64,000 nucleotides of DNA from Phallusia mammillata (lineage: Eukaryota), in NCBI GenBank assembly GCA_965637545.1, contig OZ281494.1, positions 930,001 through 994,000 of the forward strand, read 5' to 3'. Below, one piece after another: positions 33,001 through 43,477 of the stretch; positions within the stretch are counted from its first letter, which is position 1, and each line of letters opens with the position of its first letter. The position numbers and the translations under genes were made by a program. The notes beneath the pieces were generated by a model, which was not told the origin of the DNA, made no database searches, and saw only the letters and a list, made by a program, of their open reading frames with translations.

Positions 33001-36000
33001 TCAAAATCATTCCCATTATTAAACTTAAACACTCTGGCTTGCAGCGGGATTCGAACCCACGACAGGAATATTTTTGGGATCAAGATACCAGTTCGGATTC
33101 GTAATACCGCTCGAATGTAGTGTGGTTTAAATATTTTTGCGTTGATTAACATGTCAGCCACTTCAGCTGGTGATCAAAGTTTATTACAAAACTGCACGGG
33201 TGGCTTTCACATACTATCATTACAAGAACACTTCATTAAAAGTTGCAAAACCGAAATACACGTGATTATGAACAAAATCTGATTTGTTTAACGCTATACC
33301 ACACGGCAGACTCACATTTAGCTAAATTTCGATAGGTGGTGCAAAGAGCACAAATACCTAATTGATACAATCTAAGCCAGGGTTCTTAACCAGGAGTTAC
33401 GTGTACACCTTGGGGGTACGAAGAACCATAGCATGAGGTACGACATACAGTGTGAAAATATACGCTGTTTAGGCATATTTGTGAAGAATGTGTAACACTT
33501 TGTTATATGTCTTTGACTGATTGTTGGTGTGCTGTAAATATTGTTGAAATAACAAGACTGGTTTAATGCATGCATTCAACACGTAAGTTATAAATAAACT
33601 GAGTTTAATTCCTATTATGACAATTTTATTTACTTCCGTCGTCCATTGTAGACAGGGGGTACGAGAAAATATTATGAAAGCTTAAAGGGTACGAGAGCGA
33701 AAAAGATTAAGAAACGTTGATATAAGCCAGTGGTTTTTAACCGGTGGGAAATTTCCCACTAGTGGGAAATTTGATGTTTTCAGAGGGAAATTATGTGAGT
33801 CAGGTAACCAAACTCGGGCCCAAGGGTCGAACCCGACTTTATATTAAACATTGAAAGTTACTTTCCTCACATTTTTCCGCAACAACATGTTAGATTAATT
33901 TCAGCAAGGCTTACAAGACACATACAAATCCAAAGTCCGTTTGTTACATCACAGACAAGACTAAAAGTATCAATGACTTTGCTATTGTGCGCGAATGAAA
34001 TCCTTTCCTTTGTTGATTGTGATGTAATAAATGACTATTGCAAGCAGAGGAAACTCTTTAGTATATTCAAAAAACTTTAATCTCTCACAGAAGCACTGTT
34101 TAAACTGAACAAGATTGCAGTATACCTTTGGAGTTTCAGACCAAATCGCTTCACGAAATTATTTCGAATAAAGAATAATTTGTTTGTTAACGTAGGGCAC
34201 AAAACATCAGTTTAAAAAAAGAGAGGGGGAAATTCGAAGTTGGTGGTTGACTTTAGTGGGAAACCACACCAAAAAGTTCCACTGATCTAAGCTATCTCCA
34301 AAAAATGTGGTGGTTAAGGCTTGAGGTTCTGTATAGGTATTTGGGTGGGGGTTCGGTATGTTTACTGAATTTTTAACAAACCTAACTTCAAAACTTAGTT
34401 CCTAGCGCAAAATTTACAAAAATTTACTACCAACCCCCACACCTCTACAACTGCGAAATTGATAATTCAGCTCTTTGCGTCACCTACCGAAATTCAGGTA
34501 AATGAGGATATAACGTATGGTGTTAGTAGCTCTACGAAAGTAGACAAAGATTTCTTACCAGAGCATTCACCGGCAAAATCTTCATAACAATCAGTTTTGG
34601 AACAAGCATACTTCATCTCGTAACATTCATCTTGAGTTAAACAGCGAAAATAATGAGCATGGCAGTCGTCCACACCTGCGTGATAAACAAAAACATCCAT
34701 TGAGTTACAAGCTTAAAACTGGTTTCCTATCAAGCTTCGTGCAGTCAACAATAGTCCTTGTTACATGCACGACTCTACACGCCTAAAGCGGGTTTCCTAA
34801 CGAGCTTCGTGCAGTCAATCACAGCGCTTGTTACATGCACGACTTTGCAAGCTTAAAGCGGGTTTCCTAACGAGGTTCGTGCAATCAACCACAGCGCTTG
34901 CAACATGCATATATTGTGCAAGTGTGCTTCATACTTTGTATGGGTGATTTAAAAAACGAAACTTTTCTTTGGGCTTTGGAAGCCGCGAAAACTCACCTAT
35001 TTGTATTGGATCGCAGTCATCCTCATCGTCACCGTCTACACAATCTCTCATGGCATCACATTTATAATATTGAGGAATACAGCCACCACTGTCGCATTTA
35101 AACTCATCGGGACCACAGTTACCTACATAAAAACCTCGTTTCTATAATGGTCGATTTCATTTTTTAAGGCCAGTTACCAAGCAGTGTTCATTAAAAAAAA
35201 ATTTTCTGCAGACAGTGCACTCTGTTTTCACCTGTAAAGTTTTATCACTGCAGCTGGTCACAAGAGATAGGCCGCATTGGCTAGTGTAGCAATCCAATTA
35301 CACTCCAGTTTGTTGGAAGCAATAATAAATGATAAGTAACATGCAGACAGTGCTCCAGTTTGTTGGTAGCAACATTAAATGATAAGTAACATGTAGACAG
35401 TGCTCCAGTTTGTTGGTAGCAACAATAAATGATAAGTAACATGCAGACAGTACTCCAGTTTGTTGGGAGCAACAATAAATGTTAAGTAACATGCAGACAG
35501 TGCACACTGTTTCAACCTATAAGTTCTTATCAGTGCAGCTGGTCACAAGACATAGGTAGCAATCCAACGGCACTCCAGTTTGTTGGGCGACATACACTGT
35601 TTCGACCAGTTTGTGAGGCATGGCTTTTCATCCTGTTACTCCCGACAAACTGAATGCCTTTACATTGAATTGTTTATGTTTGTTACGTCACAAACGTTGA
35701 CTATACAAGCCAGGGGATTACAAAATGGAAGATTGTCAATAAAATGCTGCACCATAGATAACCGAAATTCTATTGAAATTACACATCACGTTTATTCAAC
35801 CATGGGCACTGAACATCGAACATATCATTGTCCAAAGCGTGTACCTGTTAGGCTCAAAAGCTTATGCAAAGGAATTGGCCCAAAGTGCAAATGTTTCGTT
35901 AGGTCGAGCACCGAGCATCTTACGTTAATGTTTGGTGTATTGTGACGTCACAAACATTACCAGTTTCATGCTAGTTTTGCAGCATTCCAGGGCCCTTACG

Positions 36001-39000
36001 TCACCAGTGGTGTACTAGGACGTACAGGCCCGAGAAGTACGTGCACGTTTTTAAATCATTTAGCCCCATACTTTTTTTACATGTTTATACTTTGTAGCTT
36101 CTTGGTCATTTGGCGGTCTTAAGTCAGCCCTTGGCTTTATTAAGGCTGGGGCGTCCTGCTCTAAGTGGCGGAGGTTGTTTGTCCAATAAAAAAAAAAAAC
36201 ATTATCGTTCTATTTGTAGACAGTCAAAATGACATTTTTGGTAATAGAACAAAATCATCAACAGCAGGGCTTAAACTGACGATCACTGTTCACCTTTTTA
36301 ACTATAATACACTAAAACCGATGGACGATAAAATCCTTGGTAAAACAGAATCAGTCGGTTCAAATAAAGGAATATATATTTCGCCTATGTAGCATCATAA
36401 ATATTCAAGAAATGGCCCTGCCTAGAGTACGTTAACAACTCAATAAACATCACCCACCGCTGTTGGTATCTCCCTGCATGCGCATGCCTGTCCTACTTTT
36501 TACGTCTTATCTTTATTTTTCTCCCTCGATTCGGTGCCCAGAGTTGCGCTGTCTTTGTTTTGGTTTTTGAGGTTGGTTCAGTTAACTTTGGTAGTTAGTA
36601 ACAGCAAACCCTTGCTTTATTGTTATACTGTTTTACTGCTTTTATTTATTTTAGCGTGTTTGTTTTAGCACTCATTCTTATATCTAATTGTATTTCGTTT
36701 TCCAGGAACTTATCATGCCACATAGGCGAAATATATATGTTCCTTTATTTGAACCGACTGATTCTGTTTTACCAAGGATTTTATCGTCCATCGGTTTTAG
36801 TGTATTTGTAGACAGAATTTTGCTAAACAAAATATTAAAATATTACTGGCAGATAGGTAGATCTACTAACACAGGAACTCACAGTAGACAGATTCTTTAT
36901 ATTCCGGTAGTTGGCGCACGAAAATATTTTAAATGATGTTTGTGTAAAAAATGCTGACGGTTAGGGCTATTAGGATTGGTCTGAGGTTCTGTATTGATAA
37001 TAACAATAAAATTAACTTCGTTAAATTCAGTTCTTTATGTTAAATTTAGCCCCTAACCCTATTCCAGTCTCACTGTTAATTTAAATAACTGCGCTCTTTA
37101 CGCCATCTATCGGTATTTAGCAAATATTTTCTACTGCGACTTCTTACGTTAGTAGCCCTACAGGCTGGTACACGCTAGCGCCCTCCAACGGAGGAGCATA
37201 GAAATCTTACCATCGCACACTGGTTGTGTGTCACCAGCAGGGCATTCACCATAGCATAGGTATTCGTTGTGAATACATGTTTTCGAAGGCATACACTGGT
37301 ACTCGTGATATCTACATCCGTCCGAATCTACAAACAACAAAAAGAGAGTTGAAAAGCTCAAAGACATTCTGCGTTTATTAAATATGCTGTTGCTGCCGTC
37401 GCAATGTATTTCGCTCGGTAATAGCGACACAATTGCACTAAAACAATCACCAAGCCGGAAATAGCTGTGCAACGTTAAAACGTTATGGAGCGCAAAAGCG
37501 TGAAGGGCACAATTGGTGGATAATGGCTGAACGCGCTACAGCTACACTTTGTTATAAAGTTTTATGTGAAAGTGAGGTTGGCGCATTATGGGCAAAGTGG
37601 CTGGGGTTGGGTTGGTGGGACCAGTCGAGGGGGGCAAGAAGCTAACCATCTGTGTTAGGAAAGTATTAACAAATATATAGCTCTTTCACCAGTTTTTTAT
37701 TATAACAAACTGACTTTAAGCTTACTTTATGTTTTTGCCATTACTCTGATGAAGGTGTCTAGTATCGGACATCGAAACGTCCGCTGGTTAGAATAAAAAC
37801 TGCTGGACAAGCTATATTTCTGTTTATTCATAGTTAACAGTGTGTATTGTAAGCGGCATATTATGAAGCGGTAAAAGCTTCACATCGTTTCTTTGTTTTC
37901 AAAGACACAGTTTACCAGTCGATATTGTAGCTTAAAAATAATGTTACCCAACTGACCCTGCACAAATAACATTTCGGTGACCTGTGGGTGAAACATTAGG
38001 TGAAAATGTTCATCTTAAAATTTCAGAAAGCAATCTGATACTTGCTATAACTATCAACCAATATTTTTGTTGCCAAAATGAAGCCAAAAATCTGTACAAA
38101 TAGCAATCATGCGACCACTATTTTGTTAATTACTTGTTAACTCGGAAACGAGACTAGCACAAACAGTGATGGAGCGTTGATAAAAACCGTAGCTCAGTGA
38201 TGTAAAAGCGACCAATAGCTGATCGGCTTTAGAAGATTTGTTTATAGGTTCATTAAGTTAATCACAGCTGGGGAAATTGACATTACCTGGACGGGGACGC
38301 TACGAATGAAACGTCTGATCAATCAAATATGATTGCCTATTCATTAAAAGTACACATTATAAATTATGCCTCACAATAAGACTATAATCAATCTTACGTT
38401 GACTTCAACTTATACCCGCTATTTCTTGAGCAACACTACGAAGCCTGTGTTTTAAATTAACAAACTTCGACTATATATAACGTGTCATCCGCTTAGCGGT
38501 TAGACGTTGTCACTTATTTCTTTCCAGCTCTGTCGGTTTGAGCAGCATCGAGTGCGGTCCACAAGTGATGTGGCATTCACTGCATGTTTAATTCTCTCTA
38601 TATATTGCAGTCTTTGCCTTCCCCTTGATCTCTTGCCGTGGGGTCGTCCATGTAGGCACAAATATTCCAACGTTTCAGGGTGTCGATTAATGTGTCCATA
38701 ATATTTTAGAGATTGTATTTGCATGAATCTCATGAATTGATGTTGTACTTTTAGTTCTTTTAATATGGAGTTGTTGGTCCTATGTTCTTTCCATGAAATT
38801 CTTAGCAAGCGACGATAGCAGTACATTTCAAAACTTTGTAGCTTTGCGCTATCGGTCGCTCGTAAGTGCTACGATTCGCAAGCATAGGTAGCGACAGGCC
38901 AAACCAAAGATTTAATTAGATAAACCTTTAGGCTGTTGCTGATAGTGATATCTTTCCAGATAGAGCGGAGATTCTGTGTGGCTGCTCTTGCCATAGCCAG

Positions 39001-42000
39001 CCTCCGGCTGATTTCAGGGGAGTCACTTCCTGAATCACTTATGCTTGCTCCCAAGTAGGTGTAACTGTTGACTTGTTCTAAAACACTTCCAGAGGATGTT
39101 ACAATAGCACTTGTTGTGGGATATTTTGCTACCACCATAACTTTTGTTTTCTTTGTGTTTATAAGCAGGCCCATTTTTTTACTTTGTATTTCCAATAGCT
39201 GAAAAGATCGCTGAAGTGATTGCTTTGATCCCGCAAGCAGGACTGCATCATCTGCATATCTCAGATTGTGCAGCTTTTCTCCGCCATAGTCAAGGCCACC
39301 ATATCCACCCTTGGACTGACCTATGACTCTTTCGCTGTACAAATTGAAAAGAAGTGGGGAAAGCACACAACCCTGTCGAACACCTTTTTGTATGAGAAAG
39401 TCACGGGAAAGTCCTGCTGCAGTTTGAACTGTCGCTGTTTGACCCTCATACAGGGATTTTATTAGCCAAATAAAGTGGTGTGGGAAACCCCACTGTGATA
39501 GGACTTCCCACAACCGATGGTGGTTAAGACAGTCGAAGGCCTTCACGTAATCGACAAAGCACAGATGTAATGGCATAAATCGACAAAGCACAGCTGTTGT
39601 ACTCCAGTGCCTTTTCCATTATGATTCTGAGATTGAATAGTTGATCACGAGTTCCCCTATGTTTTTGGTAGCCCGCTTGTTCTCTAGAAATGATTTCATT
39701 TGCTCTTTTGCTCATTCGTCTGACTACAATGTGTAGCATGATTTTACTAGCATGTGGAATCAGAGCAATAGTTCTGTAGTTGGAGCATAAAGTGGAGTCC
39801 CCCTTTTTTAACAGAGGAATAAAAATTGAAGTTTTCCATCCTTTCGGAAAAATACCAGTATCCCATATTTTTTGACACAAGAGGTGCAGCAGTTTTTCAA
39901 GTGTTGCTCCGCCAAGTTTTAGAAATTCTGCTGGAATTCCATCCACACCTGGCGATTTATTTGCCTTTAGACGTTGGATCGCCTCACCAACCTCAGAGAG
40001 TAGTATGGGAGGTTCGAGTAAACTTGCCTTATCCGGCGTGTCTGATAAAACATCAGGCACACCATCAGCCTTGTACAGATTTTCACAATAGGCAGCCCAC
40101 GCTTCTTTGATTCCCTCACTGTCTGTTTGCAATTGGCCTTCTTTGTCCCTGATGTTAGTCTTTTGGGTGTAAGGTTTTGAAGAGATTAACTTTATTGTTT
40201 TGAAGAAATCATGCGTTTTACCCTTGTGATATGAAGTTACTGCTTTTTTGCTCAAACTTTTAAGAAATTTTATTTTGCTTTCCCTTATTTCTCTGCTAAT
40301 CATATCGCTCAATTTTCTGTATCTTTTCTGCTTTTGTGGATCGTTCCTTGTTTGTCCCTTTAAAATTCTTCTTTGGTTGGCCAATTTTACAACTTTTTCT
40401 GAGATCCATGGCCTTTTTGGTTTTTTAAAGGTTTTTGTGCCTACAGATTTCCCCGCAGCTTTCCATATGGTATTCTTGATTAACTCCCAAAGATTGTTTG
40501 ATGATAAAGTACTGACGTCTTGCTGGCGACGAATACTTTCAAACAGTTCTTCAGAAATTAAGGAGAAGTTTAGTTTTTGTGTGTCCGATGAAAGAAGATC
40601 AGCATGTAGACGGTTGCATACTTCATTGTTTTGAAGTCTTTTTAGTTTTGGCCTAAATATGCCTAGTAGCAGGTTGTGGTCGGAGCCATTGTCAGCTCCA
40701 GGCAGAGTTTTGCATTTTTCTAAACTGGATCTAAATCGTTTTTTAACCAAAATGTAGTCGATTTGATTTCTTTGGCCATTTTGTCCAGGTGATGTCCAAG
40801 TGTATAGCCGTCTTGGGTGATTCTTAAACCAAGTGTTCATGATTGTCAAATTATTTGCTTCGCAGAATGACAGGAGATGTTCACCTCTTTCGTTTCTTTC
40901 ACCTAACCCGAAACTTCCCATGCATGAACTAATCTTTTCATCTTCAACTTTGGCATTAAAGTCTCCCATAACAATGACGATGTCCTGTGAATGTGCCATT
41001 TTGATGGTATTCTCCAAACAAGTATAGAAATATTCCAACTCTACATCATCATGTGATGTTGTCGGGGCATATACTTGAATGATGGTCAGGTGAAATGGTT
41101 TTCCGCACATTCTCAAAGATATAATGCGATCATTTATCGGATTATAACCAAGAATAGATTGAGAAGCAGTTTTGCTAAGAATGAAAGCAACTCCATTTTC
41201 ATGCTTCTGGCCTCCCGCAAAAACAATGAGTTGCCCTGATGATGCTTTAAAATGACCAGAGCCGGTCCATCTGCTTTCTGCTATACCACAAATCGCAATG
41301 TTACTGCGTGTTAACTCACGCAGCGTTAGTTCATAATTTCCCTGTTTCCAAAGTGTACGTGCGTTCCATGTTCCCAGTCTAAGGCGAGGGGTTGATGGTC
41401 CTCTTTTCTTACTTTTCACTGCCGCTAGAGGTGGAACGGCAAGCGCGGTCCTTGTTGATCCGGGCGACGACCGAGCCGGCATGAAATTTCTGGATCGAAT
41501 TCTCATGACAATTTCTTGGGAGAAAAATACTGTAGTGGGCTCCCGCATCCTTCTACAGTGCCTAGCTGAGGGAAGGGTCGGCAAAGTCCCATTGATAGGT
41601 AGCTAATTAAGTACCTATCCCGCTGCCGAAACTTCGACTATCTTGTAAATTATTCACAAAAACAATGAGGATTGAGCCCTTACGCATAGCTGTTATAAAC
41701 ATGCATTTTGGGGGCCTGTCGGTAAACCCCCCCGGTAAAAATTAATGATGCACCGAAGTTTCAGTTGGCCAAAACATTTCGGCCGAATTTGCCGTTTTTC
41801 CATGTTTCGGTTAACTTTATGAAAATTCGACCAAAATCGAATTTTTCGATTTGTTTTAATTGAATGAAATTTATACCAAAACTGTAAACTTTGCCAACAT
41901 GAAACGTTGTGAACTAACTAATTGTTGTGTCTAAAAAATACGAACCACGCTCTATTCAAAACGGGGATTTAAGATTCGGCCTGAACCTTTTGAGGCGGGT

Positions 42001-43143
42001 TCGGTGCATCACTAGTAAAAACTAACTCCTCACAATTAGGGATATCGCACTATTAATAATGTAAATTCATTTCAAACATTCTTTCCTGACCTAGACAGAA
42101 ATATCCCATCCATTAATCTGTCACTTACTTACACAGCCATTTTCGTCGTCATCACCAGCACAATCCTTCCTTCTGTTACATTTCATGTAGGCAGGAATAC
42201 AGGAGCCAGATTGACATTTAAACTCGTTGGCTGCACAGTTTCCTACGAGAGAGAAATTAATATGCGACCATTGTGTAACATTTGTTGAGTACAGCTACTA
42301 ACACCATACGTCAAGGCAGACCAACATTTAGCTAATATTCGCTAGATGGCGCAAAAAGTTGAATTATTTATTTAGCGGCTGAAGAGGGGTAGGGTTAGGA
42401 AGTAAGTTTTTTGAAATTTTTCATTAGAAGTTTATTAGCTAGTTTTATTGAAATTTGAATGCTTATACTTTACCCCGACCCCGATAGCCCTAACAGCGAA
42501 CATTTTTAGAGAGATATAGTTCTAAATGGGTAAAATGCTCTTTGTTCCACCTTTCGGAAAGGTATGAGCATATTTATATGACAAGCATAAAGAAAACTAT
42601 GCGCAGGGGGCCGTAACCCTACTAAACTTACAGAAAGGGCCTGGTACAAGCAAAATACCGAAACGACTGTGATAAGGGAATAAGGGAATAAATCAAACAT
42701 TAATTTGGACTCACCTTGGCAATTCTCTTCATCGTTATCGCAGTTCGCATATCCATCACATTGCCGGTGTAGATCAATGCAAGTTCCATCACCGCATTGA
42801 AACTCGTCGCTCAAACACACCTGTCCACTCCCTATAAACAAATCAAGTTAATCTGTCAACAAAAAGTCTCAGAATCTAATCAACAGATTCTTTTTTTTAC
42901 ACGATCAACAGATTATTTCTCGAGTCATGGAATAATCACCAACAAGGCAACACAATGAACATCAAAACAGACGTGATGCTTTCAGCGTTCTACAGGCACC
43001 TGATCAAAGATTAGGGGCCCAATCATTCGTTATCGCGCGGTGTTTTCGTTGCGTTGTGACGTGAAATATAGGCGTTGTGTATTCTTACCGGGTTTGATAC
43101 AGAAGAAGACAAAGATGGCCAGAAACTTCCAAGACTTTAACAT
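30015..43143 (-). CDS. Secreted 6xLDLa + zona pellucida (ZP) domain + EGF protein
   Basis: Signal 43143-43089 ([18 protein letters not shown]); LDLa exons 42831-42715, 42242-42129, 37327-37211, 35122-34997, 34675-34559, 32902-32789 (all phase 1); ZP exons 32215-32176, 32007-31836, 31749-31583 (VEFQCAY), 31350-31179, 31119-31052 (DCNLAAT..YPVVIEG), 30994-30811 ([18 protein letters not shown]); 30626-30492 with VKRS and ISLGPF; EGF 30420-30315; terminal exon 30106-30015. No internal stops found. Confidence 0.85.
32274..32730 (+). repeat. Tandem array of 7 tRNA-derived heads (alternating ~72/61-bp units)
   Basis: Unit TGGTTAGTGCAACCGCCTTGCAATCGTAAGGTTGGTGGTTCGAATCCCA with box A/B; further short arrays on the minus strand at 43718-43840 and 45288-45345. 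Confidence 0.8.
33378..33719. mobile_element. hAT-like MITE (left member of a tandem pair)
   Basis: Ends CAGGGTTCTTAAC / TTAAGAAACGTTG; flanked by ATCTAAGC and ATATAAGC. Confidence 0.75.
33728..34284. mobile_element. hAT-like non-autonomous element (right member of the tandem pair)
   Basis: Starts CAGTGGTTTTTAACC, ends GTTCCACTG; flanked by ATATAAGC and ATCTAAGC; subterminal GTGGGAAA repeats. Confidence 0.7.
34711..34910 (+). repeat. 70-bp minisatellite x3
   Basis: Unit GCTTAAAGCGGGTTTCCTAACGAGCTTCGTGCAGTCAA..GTTACATGCACGAC; a single copy lies at 27031-27100. Confidence 0.85.
35301..35502 (+). repeat. 50-bp minisatellite x4
   Basis: Unit CTCCAGTTTGTTGGTAGCAACAATAAATGATAAGTAACATGCAGACAG; flanking sequence related to 26860-26965. 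Confidence 0.9.
36306..36806. repeat. Foldback with ~85-bp near-perfect inverted arms
   Basis: 36306-36390 is the reverse complement of 36720-36806 apart from a 2-nt indel. Confidence 0.85.
37746..37781 (+). ncRNA. Degenerate hammerhead-ribozyme-like motif within an inverted-repeat-flanked element (~37675-37830)
   Basis: CTGATGA-A-GGTGTC..GACATC-GAAAC-GTC; stem I does not pair well. Confidence 0.5.
38475..41628 (-). mobile_element. Apparently full-length RTE-clade LINE (APE + RT), disabled by one frameshift and one nonsense codon
   Basis: [27 protein letters not shown] (APE); QGCVLSP, YADD (RT); 13-bp TSD AAACTTCGACTAT at 38462-38474 and 41629-41641; TAG at 38869-38871 in CES*; frameshift near 39575-39593. 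Confidence 0.93.
41743..42014. mobile_element. hAT-like MITE
   Basis: TIRs TAATGATGCACCGAA / TTCGGTGCATCACTA; TSD GTAAAAAT / GTAAAAAC. Confidence 0.8.
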
Positions 43144-43477
43144 CTTTGTTGGTTTTCGTACACACAATCTGTAAGTTCTATAAAAAAAAACGATTGTAGT
43201 AAAAATAGACGAATCTATTTAACAAACAAACTAAACATCGACTATAATTTTTCATTAATCAAACCACAATACTACAAGATTATCTTTCGCAGGAATTAGA
43301 ATCGGCTAGAGTCCGGTAACTGCTCGCATTTTAGGTTGTTTTAGTTTAACTCCTGGACAAACATGTGTGTAAGCTACCATCAGCATCTCCACTATATTAA
43401 ACCGTCTTACTGTGGAGGTACACACTGACTCCGTACATGGATCCGTACAGGGGCGGTATTTATTGATAGATACAAGA

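Noticed and set aside
33745-33760. NF-kB-like palindrome GGGAAATTTCCC
   Set aside because: It is part of the MITE's subterminal GTGGGAAA repeats; no evidence of a regulatory role.
37585-37640. G-rich tract that might form a G-quadruplex
   Set aside because: Irregular G runs, a single occurrence and no functional context.
39826-41027. Plus-strand ORFs overlapping the RTE, and similar antisense ORFs over other elements (4364-4546, 50680-50943, 54926-55198, 59973-60335)
   Set aside because: Shadow ORFs on the opposite strand of real coding sequence with no recognisable motifs.
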